Virus record (IMG/VR): IMGVR_UViG_3300020043_003701
Span: 1 to 26,808 of that record
Strand: one strand, 5' to 3'
DNA: 26,808 nt
DNA from: a virus
Taxonomy: Duplodnaviria > Caudoviricetes
The notes beneath the pieces are model-generated. The model was not told where the DNA came from and did no database searches. It was given only the letters and a program-made list of their open reading frames with translations. Below, in pieces: positions 13,499 to 22,603 of this stretch. A program made the position numbers and the translations under genes. Every line of letters begins with the position of its first letter. Within the stretch, counting starts at the first letter, position 1.

Positions 13499-14001
13499 TT
13501 CTTGCTGTTACCGCGAGAGCCGAACCAATAACCGATGATGCCACCAAGCATAGCCATTTCATCTTCGCTGAAAATCTCATTGCCGACTTTCACCAAGTCT
13601 TCCACACTCTTAATCATGTCTGGATGTGTCCACACATAGTAGCCAAGACCAGCATTGATGAATACAAGCTCTAGGACGAACAAATAGGTGACGATTGGAC
13701 GCACAGTACCAACAAAGGTAGAAACCCACGGCGCGGCCTTTTCCAGCACCTTTGCCTCATGCAAATAAGCAGCCTGAGTCATAGCAGCGTCAGCTTGGAT
13801 GGAAACTTGGTCGGTTCTCATCTCCTCGACCTTGGCTTGGGCAGTAAATCCAGCCGCAGCTAGAGCAAGCTCACGCTCTGTTTGAATACGAGCCAACTCA
13901 GCTTCGTGCTTTTGGTCTGCTTTGCTTTGGAATAGCTCAATTAGTTTTGGAAACATGGACAGCAATAAGCCGCCAAGGGTAGAAAATAAAGATAGCATCA
14001 T
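13495..14001 (-). CDS. Putative holin (GTA 3-TM holin-like)
   Basis: W...VRP-x-VTY and IIGYWFGSR motifs, hydrophobic segments, adjacent to lysozyme. Confidence 0.75.
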   Translation of the reverse strand: MMLSLFSTLGGLLLSMFPKLIELFQSKADQKHEAELARIQTERELALAAAGFTAQAKVEEMRTDQVSIQADAAMTQAAYLHEAKVLEKAAPWVSTFVGTVRPIVTYLFVLELVFINAGLGYYVWTHPDMIKSVEDLVKVGNEIFSEDEMAMLGGIIGYWFGSRGNSKK

Positions 14002-14192
14002 TCGCCTTTCGGTAGTTCAGGTTGTTCAAACTGTTCTATCTTTTTCTGTAATCGCTTTTCCAAATCGGCCATGCGCTTGTCGCGCCTATCCATCTCAATG
14101 AACATCTTGGTGACGATTGGTGTGACGATGAGGATGATTGCCAATATTAGGCAAGTCAGGCCAACAATCAATCTGTAAATGAGTTTATCCAT
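13998..14192 (-). CDS. Single-TM coiled-coil protein, 64 aa (lysis cassette)
   Basis: Start reassigned to MDKLIYR; N-terminal TM then charged coiled coil. Confidence 0.7.
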   Translation of the reverse strand: MDKLIYRLIVGLTCLILAIILIVTPIVTKMFIEMDRRDKRMADLEKRLQKKIEQFEQPELPKGE

Positions 14193-14896
14193 ACGGCCCA
14201 CAGTTCCAGAACGAATAGAAGCGTCAGAAACACCGCCGCTGCCAGTTCTACCCTTTCCAGATGCTCCTCCTCGCGTAGCCATGAATCCTGCTGCTTTCTG
14301 ATACGTTCGCGCTCACGCCTTGCGGCCTGCTTATCCTTGGCATTTTCGTATATCTTGTTAAAGTTGTCCCACAATGGGCCAAGCTGCGGAGGAACATGAG
14401 CGCCACGCATCATGCCACTGAGCTTGATATACGCCCCATCCAACTCATGCCTGATTTGAGATAGCAAAAGGATGTCTCGCGGGTCTGGTCTATCCATTGA
14501 ATAAACCTCCTCGGATTTTGTGTCGTACAGCTCCGACAGTTCTCGATGATGGTGATAGAAGTCACCAATATGAGTCACAAACTGCTGGACAATTTCTGCC
14601 TCGGTTGGAATGTGCTTGATAAACACTTCCTTTGGCTTTGGCTTGGGAGGCTCATCAGATGAGCTTTGAATATGCGGAGCTGGTTCTGTTTTATGTGGAG
14701 CAGCTCCGAACAATCCACGAATAAGTCCCCAAATGCCCTTAACCTCTTTTACGATGGCTTGGGCATCCTCTGCGGCCTTCTTGATTTTTTGGACTTGTAC
14801 TTTGCCATCAGACAAAGCCTCGCAACAGTATTGGATGCCGCTGAAAGCACCCTGCATTGCCTTAATAGCTAACCCAATTGTGATTGGGTCAAGCAC
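14168..14896 (-). CDS. Helical protein with C-terminal TM, 242 aa (lysis-associated, function unknown)
   Basis: MLDPITI amphipathic N-terminus, coiled coil, C-terminal hydrophobic helix. Confidence 0.8.
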   Translation of the reverse strand: MLDPITIGLAIKAMQGAFSGIQYCCEALSDGKVQVQKIKKAAEDAQAIVKEVKGIWGLIRGLFGAAPHKTEPAPHIQSSSDEPPKPKPKEVFIKHIPTEAEIVQQFVTHIGDFYHHHRELSELYDTKSEEVYSMDRPDPRDILLLSQIRHELDGAYIKLSGMMRGAHVPPQLGPLWDNFNKIYENAKDKQAARRERERIRKQQDSWLREEEHLERVELAAAVFLTLLFVLELWAVWINSFTD

Positions 14897-14897
14897 T

Positions 14898-15119
14898 TCA
14901 CTTGTCTTGCTTTTGGTCGAGCTTGTCGAAAATCTGCTTGACCATTTCTTTCAGCTCTTTAACGTCAACTCGATAGTCGTCCTTTTGAACATAGTCATGC
15001 GGCAATGAGTTCACTCGGTCTTCGAGCTTTTGGATTTGGCGTGTGAAGTTGTTGATGACGTACACGGCAAAGAAAGCGGCTACGCTGACGACGATGTTGA
15101 AAAGTTGCTGATTGTCCAT
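14898..15119 (-). CDS. Small TM plus coiled-coil protein, 73 aa (holin/antiholin-like)
   Basis: N-terminal TM, LP-x-x-YV-x-KDDY, IFDKLD-x-K-x-DK. Confidence 0.75.
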   Translation of the reverse strand: MDNQQLFNIVVSVAAFFAVYVINNFTRQIQKLEDRVNSLPHDYVQKDDYRVDVKELKEMVKQIFDKLDQKQDK

Positions 15120-15120
15120 G

Positions 15121-15816
15121 TCAGTTCCGAACGATGTTGTTTTTGACTAACCATCCATTGAAGGTTGCAGATACGGATGACGTATTTGAACTTGTCGAGA
15201 CGTTGTTGTAAACGTCTGTTTTCTCTGGAAGGTCAAGGGGAGGGTTGTAGGGAAAGAATTGATAGTTGTTGGCAAGCGAAATGTTGGCCGTGAGATACGT
15301 CACGCCATTGATTCGACTACGGAACTTTGCCGTAACAACTTGAGAGCCAGTGGAGCCGCCAGCAGAAATTGAGCCAGAAGCCAAGCGAAGGGTGTAACCA
15401 GCAGGAACCGTGTAGACGGCTGCGCTGGTTATGTTGTCGCCAGCATGGATGTATGCGTATGTGTTGGCAGGAACACCAGCGGTGGCAACGCCTGTGCCAA
15501 GAGAAATGTTGCCTTGAGGACTGTCCGTAAGCACAGTCATTGTGTTGATGCGGAGATATTCAAGTGTTGTTTGACGACCTGTTTGACCATTTAAGGCCAA
15601 GACTTCTGAAATCTCGTTGTAGTCAGCATCAAGACCGTCAATCAGGACAAGTTGGCTTGTATCGGCAACGGATGAGCTGTAAAGCATCATGTGGCCTGCC
15701 GATGATGGGAACGCATACGCTGTATGCTTAGGCCAAATGGTAGCCTCCGTTGTTCCTACGTTGTCGTTGTAGGAAGAACGGAAGATTGACCTATCTCTAG
15801 CGTATGGAATTGCCAT
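15121..15816 (-). CDS. Beta-rich putative virion protein, 231 aa
   Basis: S/T/G/N-rich; GLDADYNEISE-x-x-x-LNG and YTVPAGYT motifs; follows tail fibre. Confidence 0.7.
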   Translation of the reverse strand: MAIPYARDRSIFRSSYNDNVGTTEATIWPKHTAYAFPSSAGHMMLYSSSVADTSQLVLIDGLDADYNEISEVLALNGQTGRQTTLEYLRINTMTVLTDSPQGNISLGTGVATAGVPANTYAYIHAGDNITSAAVYTVPAGYTLRLASGSISAGGSTGSQVVTAKFRSRINGVTYLTANISLANNYQFFPYNPPLDLPEKTDVYNNVSTSSNTSSVSATFNGWLVKNNIVRN

Positions 15817-15862
15817 GATGCACTTTCTGTTTTGTCTATTGTCTCAGAAGGTCAAAATGTCA

Positions 15863-17554
15863 TCAAGTTGGAATTTTTATCAATTCCGAATACATGATGG
15901 AAACTGTGTCAAGAGTCGTACCGTTCACGCCTACGTTTGGTCTGCCAATAGCAAACCCAGACGTTGAACTTGTTGCTGTTAATGAATAAACAAAAGGCGA
16001 AGTCGTATTGTTTGTAGAGCCAGCCACGCGCCAGCCGACTGTTGGAATGTATTTTAAATAATATACCTTTGTGTCTACGTTATAAAATGAAATAATGGCA
16101 TTTGTAGCGTCTAGTTGAACAAATGAAGTTATTTTTGGAAAAAGTTCATTAGTGTTACTAGCGGCAAAAACATCCATCACTTTTTGCACAGTACCAAAAG
16201 TAACCGCTGTTCCTGTCACGGTGCATGGAATAGAAAATAAAGTTGCACCGCCATTTATACTGGTACTGCTTGTAAAAATGCAACCGCACTCAGATGTTGA
16301 ATAAACGTATGAATTAATATCTTGATTAAATCCAATGTTATTGCCGCCGTATGTTGCCGCAGATGATTGCGCTCCCAAAGTAATTGTTGTGCCAGATACA
16401 GTACCAACCCGCGCGGCTAGTTGTGTAAATGCTCCGTCTCCAATAGGGTCAAGAAAACTAATAAATTTATTAGCGTCAACTAAGGACACAGTAATTTGAT
16501 TGCCGACAGCATAAGGTACGTTGTTTACACTTCCGTCTAATACGGCAGTCGTGCCAACAGTTAAAGCAGAACTACCGTTATGCAACACAACGCGAACGCC
16601 TTGACCAGCGGTTGTTGTATACCACTGCAAAATTGATGTGCTACTTAACTTGCACAAGCCTTGGATATATGTGCTTGCGCTACTAGCGACTGCTGAATAT
16701 GTAATTGTTGTGCCAGATATAACAACTGCCGCAGTCCCCATTGCTGAACCATTGTTGTACGCAACAATACCAGCCGTTGAAGATAATGCTACTACTTTTA
16801 TGTACGCAGCAGATGCCGTCGCAACCGCCACCGCAGTTCCGTAAGAAATTGTTGTGCCGCTAATTGTTGCAATGACACAATAAGGGTCTAAATTGCTTCT
16901 GTTGATATATCCAATCAAAACACTTGTAGACGAAATTGCAGAAACAGAAATCAAATTTGGATATACAGTATCGACGTTTGCTGATGTTTGACTTGAAGCG
17001 TCAAGTCCAGACGATACGCCTTGTGTACTTGTAATGTCTACCAAGCCAGAATCAACAATCCAATTTGCATTTGCACTAGCCGCGCTTGACAATGCTACTG
17101 TTACTGTTTGTCCAGCACTTAAAGGTTGAATGACATAACCATCAGTTGTGCAAACATCAAAGGAATAAGCGCCTGTGTTTACAATAATAAACAGTGGGCC
17201 ACCAAGCGTTGTGATTGTAGTAGCGTCAGGCAAAATAACACGCTTGCCGTAGGTCGTCATGTTAACAGCTTGCACACGATTTGATGCGTTTGTCAGCGTT
17301 ACATCAGTAGATGAAGACGGACTAGATGCGCCACCAGAGCCGCCTGTGTTTGTAATAGTAACGCCACCTACGCTTGCGCTTAGACTAATACCAGTTCCAG
17401 CAGTCAAACTTGTAACAGCAACAGACGCAAGACTTGTTGCACCAGTGCCGCCGTTAGCTTGAGGTAGCGTTCCGTAAACGCCTGTTGCCAAATTTAATTG
17501 ACCAGAGGTGTTAAGGTAATTTGCTACCTGAGATAAATTAAAAGCTGTCGTCAT
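15863..17554 (-). CDS. Tail fibre / receptor-binding protein, 563 aa
   Basis: GTLP-x-ANGGTG and VTSLTAGTGI fibre motifs, then repeated SGTTI-type beta blades. Confidence 0.85.
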   Translation of the reverse strand: MTTAFNLSQVANYLNTSGQLNLATGVYGTLPQANGGTGATSLASVAVTSLTAGTGISLSASVGGVTITNTGGSGGASSPSSSTDVTLTNASNRVQAVNMTTYGKRVILPDATTITTLGGPLFIIVNTGAYSFDVCTTDGYVIQPLSAGQTVTVALSSAASANANWIVDSGLVDITSTQGVSSGLDASSQTSANVDTVYPNLISVSAISSTSVLIGYINRSNLDPYCVIATISGTTISYGTAVAVATASAAYIKVVALSSTAGIVAYNNGSAMGTAAVVISGTTITYSAVASSASTYIQGLCKLSSTSILQWYTTTAGQGVRVVLHNGSSALTVGTTAVLDGSVNNVPYAVGNQITVSLVDANKFISFLDPIGDGAFTQLAARVGTVSGTTITLGAQSSAATYGGNNIGFNQDINSYVYSTSECGCIFTSSTSINGGATLFSIPCTVTGTAVTFGTVQKVMDVFAASNTNELFPKITSFVQLDATNAIISFYNVDTKVYYLKYIPTVGWRVAGSTNNTTSPFVYSLTATSSTSGFAIGRPNVGVNGTTLDTVSIMYSELIKIPT

Positions 17555-20500
17555 GCTGCACCTGTTCGGTTAAAGGTTTGCTGTTGGAGAATCTGAGTGC
17601 CGTTTGTTGGCGTTTGAGCCAAAGTGTAACTGCCACTCGCTGTTGTGTAATCTGTGCCTTGTGTTAGCAAGGCTCCATTGTAGAAAAGGTCAAATGCTTC
17701 GGCAACATAAGAGAACGAATAAGTTGCCTGACCGTTCACTGAGTTTGTAACCGTATTTGCCACTCCGCCAGCAGGCACACCAAGGTTGTTTGGTGCAAAT
17801 TGAATGTTGGTCAACAATCCTGTTGCAGAAGATGGGAAATTATTGATTTGACCGCTAACAATATCATAGTCTTGCTCATTGAATGATGAACCATTTAAGA
17901 ACAACATTTCATAGCCACTGTTGACTGCCCAAGTTGTAGGCGTGTAAGAGCCAGCCGAAGACAAAGTAGCCGTGTAACGACTGAATACAGGGTACGAAGT
18001 GCCGTTAGCTCGATAACGATACATCACAGCGCCAGCAATTACGCCAGTGACAGTTGTGGTCATTGTGATTTCACGGGTGGCTGCGTTTACAGACGAAACG
18101 GTGTACTGAGTTGGGCTTCCGCTGTTTGCAAACGTAATCAAATCGCCAGCATTGATGATTTGATATGGCGATGTGCTTGAATCATAAGTAACCACAGCGC
18201 CCAAAACAGAAGACACTGTGATGTTTAATGGTTCGTAATAGTTACCAGCACTTACAGCGCGGAACGAGAGAATCACGACTTGCTCATCTACCACGCAGGC
18301 GGTATTCATGGTCACAGTTGTGCTGTTTTCCGTATAGTCCGTTGTGTCAATCAAGCTACCGTTACGGAACACTAAGTCTTGACCAACAATGTAGCCAACT
18401 TGTCTTGCAACTGGCGTAAATACAGTTTGACCAGCAGTTGCCGTGAAGTTGTCAATTGTGAAATAGAAATTGTCAGGTGACGTAAAGCCAAGAACGCGAC
18501 CATAAATGTCGATGGTCAATGTTGAGGCAGAACCAGTTAGCGTTGTTTGTCCGGGGCCAAAGTTCAAAAACTCTTGCAAAGATGCAACCACAAGTCCATC
18601 AGCATTGTTTGTCACAGCAATTTGACCAGAACTCACAGAGGTAGTGCCAGTCCTAATCAATTGGCCTGTACGAGCGTCCAAGTCAATTGTGTTAGTTCCG
18701 TCAATTACAGCCTGCCATATAGACGGGTCGTATATTCCAGTCTGCGTAGGAACGAAGATACCAGTGCCAGCAGCATAGTCAGCAGTACCAGATGCAAAGC
18801 TGAATTTGCGTCCTGTGCGGTTTGTATAGAGCAAATAGAACGATGTCCCAAACGTAGGCTGCGCCAAATACCATGTGTAATCTGAGGCAGTAATGCTTGG
18901 AGTTCCGCTGTCATTGTTCAAAAGCCCATAGTAGGACTTTCCGCGAGGGTCTGACGTAAAACCAGTTCCAATAATGTCATCAGCATACGCAATACAGAGG
19001 TAGCGGTCTGTGTATTGGAATGTTGTTGGTCGCCATTGGAAAAGCGTACTAGCAGGGCTGTAAACAGACGAAGCAAGGCTGTTTACCATGCGCGTAAAGA
19101 AATACCAATTGCCAGAAGGAATGTTGGACAAAGTTACAGTTGGTAGAACAGCGTTGGTATCGTATGGGTTTCCATTCGATTGAATAGCCGTAGTGCCAGC
19201 AAAAATCAATTGAGAAGGAGTTGGAGACGCAAATGCAGAGTACCAAACTTCTGCGTATTGAGTAATGCCAGAGCTAGAACTTGTAACTATCACGCCAAAT
19301 GAAGGGTTGGTGATGTTTGGCTGTGCGCCAGTGATAGTAGGAGCTGGAACCGTTCCAAAGAATGTTGGGTCGCCAATGCCAGTGTTAGGAGCAGGAGAGA
19401 ATTGAGTAATGTCAACATCATCGTAAACAGAAGGGTTGAACTCCATTAAATTTAACGAAGCAACGATAGAACCATCATCGCCAAATTTCTCTACGACTTT
19501 GTTGACCCTAAATTCTTTTGCCACCCAACCGTAATTGGAGTTGGTGACAGTAACAACATCACCAGCCTCAATTTGCAATCCAGAATAATTGATGTCCGCT
19601 TGAATCTGTAAATCTTCACGGGCAGCTTTTAAGAATCGGATAGCCAAATATTGAGCGCGAACACCATTGCTTACCAATGGCAAGCTGATAGTCTGTTTGT
19701 TGACAGGCTCATTTGGGTAAAGTAAAGAAGGCTCAATAACAGCCAAATCAAATGTAGTTGAGTTAAATGAGTCTTGATTTGAGCTGTCTGGAAACTTTAC
19801 TTCTGCAATGTTGTAGCTTGATGCTAAATCAATCGGACTGATTGTGATTGCGGACACCATGTTGCTGTCATTGATGTCCATGACTGGCAAAACATCTGGC
19901 GTTTGAGCAATCACACCCCATTTGCCGCTGATTTCATTGTATTTAATCAAGCAATCACAGCAAGCAGACATAAGCTGCAAGTTGCTCATAATTGTCTGCG
20001 ATGTATCTAACGAACCATCAAACTTAAATCTGGCTTGAGTTGCAGAAATTCCAGACGAATCAGTGTATGTAACGACTTCATTGCCATACGCAGTCAAGGC
20101 ATCAAGACTTGTCGAGTCTATCTGCGTAGATGGAATTGCCGCCCCATATCTAGATGATGTCAAGTAATCATAAAAACAATCACCAATGTCTGTTCTGGAA
20201 TTTATGATTTGAAAACGAGTTTGCTGCAAAGAAGTAAGATTTGCAGTTTGGCTATAAGTAATCTTAACAATGGCAAAAGCACAGTTACTCATTAACTTAG
20301 TTGAATCCCAAGCATAAGTTAAACCAGTGGCTTGCATCACCTCGATAGCAGATGTTGATGTGTTTGCGCCGTTATAAGAACCGTTCTTATACAAATAAAT
20401 AGATAGCTTGCCGTTTACGCTTGTGTCATAAATTCCTGTCGATTCATCAAGCAATGAGGTTACGGTTGAGCCAATCATTACACATTTTTTGCCGCCCCAA

Positions 20501-20880
20501 TATATGTCTCCAAATGTAATGTCATCACCAGAGCCGCCGCCTTCTGTGTTCGTAACCTCTGCCAAAGCAATGACATAGTAAAGGTCTTGATTGTTGTTGG
20601 TAATGGATAGGTCTGTAACAATTCCGCCAACATAAGCGGAGCCATACACCACAGGCAATTTGTTGTCTCCAGCAGGAGGGACTTGAGCGCGACTGCCGGG
20701 GTTTAGGCTAGATGCCCCTTGAGAGCCATTCGTATCTGGGCCGCTTGGCCCCAACGCTTTGCTGATAATAGACGAAGCAAGCATATTGATGGCAAAAGCA
20801 GTCGCATATCCAGCTAGCGTTAATGCTCCAGCCGCCGTAACCATCCCAAATACTTGCGCTGCAATGATTGAACCCGGCAT
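17551..20880 (-). CDS. Central tail fibre / tail tip protein (lambda J-like), 1109 aa
   Basis: LPVVYG N-terminal motif, DYLTSSRYGA, GDVVTVT hub segment, Ig/FN3-like C-terminal domains; position after hub genes. Confidence 0.9.
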   Translation of the reverse strand: MPGSIIAAQVFGMVTAAGALTLAGYATAFAINMLASSIISKALGPSGPDTNGSQGASSLNPGSRAQVPPAGDNKLPVVYGSAYVGGIVTDLSITNNNQDLYYVIALAEVTNTEGGGSGDDITFGDIYWGGKKCVMIGSTVTSLLDESTGIYDTSVNGKLSIYLYKNGSYNGANTSTSAIEVMQATGLTYAWDSTKLMSNCAFAIVKITYSQTANLTSLQQTRFQIINSRTDIGDCFYDYLTSSRYGAAIPSTQIDSTSLDALTAYGNEVVTYTDSSGISATQARFKFDGSLDTSQTIMSNLQLMSACCDCLIKYNEISGKWGVIAQTPDVLPVMDINDSNMVSAITISPIDLASSYNIAEVKFPDSSNQDSFNSTTFDLAVIEPSLLYPNEPVNKQTISLPLVSNGVRAQYLAIRFLKAAREDLQIQADINYSGLQIEAGDVVTVTNSNYGWVAKEFRVNKVVEKFGDDGSIVASLNLMEFNPSVYDDVDITQFSPAPNTGIGDPTFFGTVPAPTITGAQPNITNPSFGVIVTSSSSGITQYAEVWYSAFASPTPSQLIFAGTTAIQSNGNPYDTNAVLPTVTLSNIPSGNWYFFTRMVNSLASSVYSPASTLFQWRPTTFQYTDRYLCIAYADDIIGTGFTSDPRGKSYYGLLNNDSGTPSITASDYTWYLAQPTFGTSFYLLYTNRTGRKFSFASGTADYAAGTGIFVPTQTGIYDPSIWQAVIDGTNTIDLDARTGQLIRTGTTSVSSGQIAVTNNADGLVVASLQEFLNFGPGQTTLTGSASTLTIDIYGRVLGFTSPDNFYFTIDNFTATAGQTVFTPVARQVGYIVGQDLVFRNGSLIDTTDYTENSTTVTMNTACVVDEQVVILSFRAVSAGNYYEPLNITVSSVLGAVVTYDSSTSPYQIINAGDLITFANSGSPTQYTVSSVNAATREITMTTTVTGVIAGAVMYRYRANGTSYPVFSRYTATLSSAGSYTPTTWAVNSGYEMLFLNGSSFNEQDYDIVSGQINNFPSSATGLLTNIQFAPNNLGVPAGGVANTVTNSVNGQATYSFSYVAEAFDLFYNGALLTQGTDYTTASGSYTLAQTPTNGTQILQQQTFNRTGAA

Positions 20881-20881
20881 A

Positions 20882-21328
20882 TTAGGCCACCCAAAATTCT
20901 TCTAGTTTCTCGAATCCGAACTTCTGATACTGGAGGTTCGGGCTGTTGCTCATTTTACTGATTAAATAATTGCAGATGCGACCATTTTTCTTGAGTTCAT
21001 CGCCTCGTTTTTTGTACTCAACAAGAAGTCGATAGCCCATTGTTCCGCCCCGACAGTCAGGCTCAACCCAATAGGCCATTTCAGTCATCACAAGATGCTT
21101 TGGCGACCACATACTTGGCGCAATGACGGCAATCAGCATTCCAGCTATTCCGTCCTTGTCGGCAATCAGCACAAGCCCCTTGCCAGCCATCAGCTCGGTA
21201 AGCATTTTTGTCACATACTCAGCATCATCAGCCTCGGCCAAAAATGGAAGCGGAGTAAGTTTTCGATAGCTCCTCAACATATCCAAAATGTATGGGATGT
21301 CAAACGGAGAAGCATCACGAATTTGCAT
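20882..21328 (-). CDS. GNAT-fold acetyltransferase-like protein in tail module
   Basis: IRDA-x-x-x-DI, E-x-AYWVEP-x-x-RGG-x-x-G-x-x-L, Y-x-KFGF-x-x-x-E; start reassigned to MQIRDA. Confidence 0.8.
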   Translation of the reverse strand: MQIRDASPFDIPYILDMLRSYRKLTPLPFLAEADDAEYVTKMLTELMAGKGLVLIADKDGIAGMLIAVIAPSMWSPKHLVMTEMAYWVEPDCRGGTMGYRLLVEYKKRGDELKKNGRICNYLISKMSNSPNLQYQKFGFEKLEEFWVA

Positions 21329-21920
21329 TTGCGCCCTTACCAAACTGGTAATTGATTGTCGAAATGAAATTCACTCGATTCATGGATGTGTCGCCAGAAT
21401 TGTAGAACTGCCATGAATTGTTGTTGGTGTACCTGCCAGCAACACGGTTTTGCAAAATCAACTGAATTGAAGATGCGCTGACAGTAATCGTGCCAACATA
21501 CATCCGCAATTCTTCCATCCATTGCTCAGAAATTGAGAATGAACTGATATAGCCATTAAAAAACTGATACAAGCCGCCAACGCCGCCAGTGGTAATTAAC
21601 GCCCCATCGGTGTCAAAAAAGCCATGCCACATTTCAAGTTGAGAGCCTTTGACTTGTTGCCCAAGCACAAAGCCAAGCATGGCTGTATCAATGCCCGTGA
21701 GGGTAACGGTTGTCTCGTTAGCCGTACTCTTGATGTCGCGCTGCGCCTCTCCAACTCTAATAAGCACACCAACAGCGTTGAACTCTGCGGAATCAATTGC
21801 AGAAACCGTCATGTTTGACGGAGCTGTTGTAAACAAGTATGTATCAGTTGGAGTCGTAATGCGAATGAAATCCGCATAGCGAATGTTGTTTGTTCCGTCA
21901 ACAGGGGTGATTACGTTCAT
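21315..21920 (-). CDS. Tail hub / minor tail protein (DUF2163 or gpL-position)
   Basis: Position between distal tail and J-like genes; F-x-G-x-I and RYTNNNSWQ...GD-x-S motifs. Confidence 0.65.
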   Translation of the reverse strand: MNVITPVDGTNNIRYADFIRITTPTDTYLFTTAPSNMTVSAIDSAEFNAVGVLIRVGEAQRDIKSTANETTVTLTGIDTAMLGFVLGQQVKGSQLEMWHGFFDTDGALITTGGVGGLYQFFNGYISSFSISEQWMEELRMYVGTITVSASSIQLILQNRVAGRYTNNNSWQFYNSGDTSMNRVNFISTINYQFGKGANANS

Positions 21921-22603
21921 AGGACTGACTCAAAGGCTTTGAATCCACCATTCCATTGAATGAATGAATCGTTGGTTATTGGAATCAATGTGTATGTTGG
22001 GTACTCACGAAGGATGACAGGGAATGTGATTCCAGTGTAAGTGTCTCCACCCATGCTAATAGTTGTCCCATATTGACCAATGACAGCATTGATAGGTGAT
22101 GTTACTGGCGTTATCAATGAGCGATGAACAGGGATGTCAACAGTTGTTGTGCCAGAGCCACCGCGCTGAACGTCAGCCGTTGCAATGTAAGAATATCGAC
22201 CAACTTGGCAAAAATCTCCAGCCTTCACAATGTAATCAGTAGAAGGCATTGTGGGAAGATTGCCCAAAACCAAAACTTTGTTTGCAGAGCTTGTTTGCCA
22301 TTCGCAAGCAGAGATTTGAGGGCCAGTCATATCGCCTTGATATTTGACATAGTTCAACCAACCAGTTGTGCCAAAGTTCAAATACTGCTCAAGCGCCTTG
22401 TCAGCAATACGCAAGCTATTTAGAACCCCGCGATTTTGAGAGTAGTACAGGTAGTTCATTGGCTTCATGTCAAAAGCAAATGGAACCACAGTCAAAATCT
22501 CGGATGTGATGATTCGTTGGTTACGACTGACGGTTTGACCCACAAATCGTTGGTCATTGATGCCAACGGACTCGCAGATTGCAAGGATGTTTTGTAAGCT
22601 CAT
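21917..22603 (-). CDS. Distal tail protein-like, 228 aa
   Basis: Immediately after tape measure; KAGDF-x-Q-x-G motif; ends F-x-AFESVL. Confidence 0.65.
   Translation of the reverse strand: MSLQNILAICESVGINDQRFVGQTVSRNQRIITSEILTVVPFAFDMKPMNYLYYSQNRGVLNSLRIADKALEQYLNFGTTGWLNYVKYQGDMTGPQISACEWQTSSANKVLVLGNLPTMPSTDYIVKAGDFCQVGRYSYIATADVQRGGSGTTTVDIPVHRSLITPVTSPINAVIGQYGTTISMGGDTYTGITFPVILREYPTYTLIPITNDSFIQWNGGFKAFESVL

Noticed and set aside
15863-20880. Diversity-generating retroelement or invertible tail-fibre cassette
   Set aside because: No reverse transcriptase, invertase, template/variable repeat pair or flanking inverted sites seen in the window
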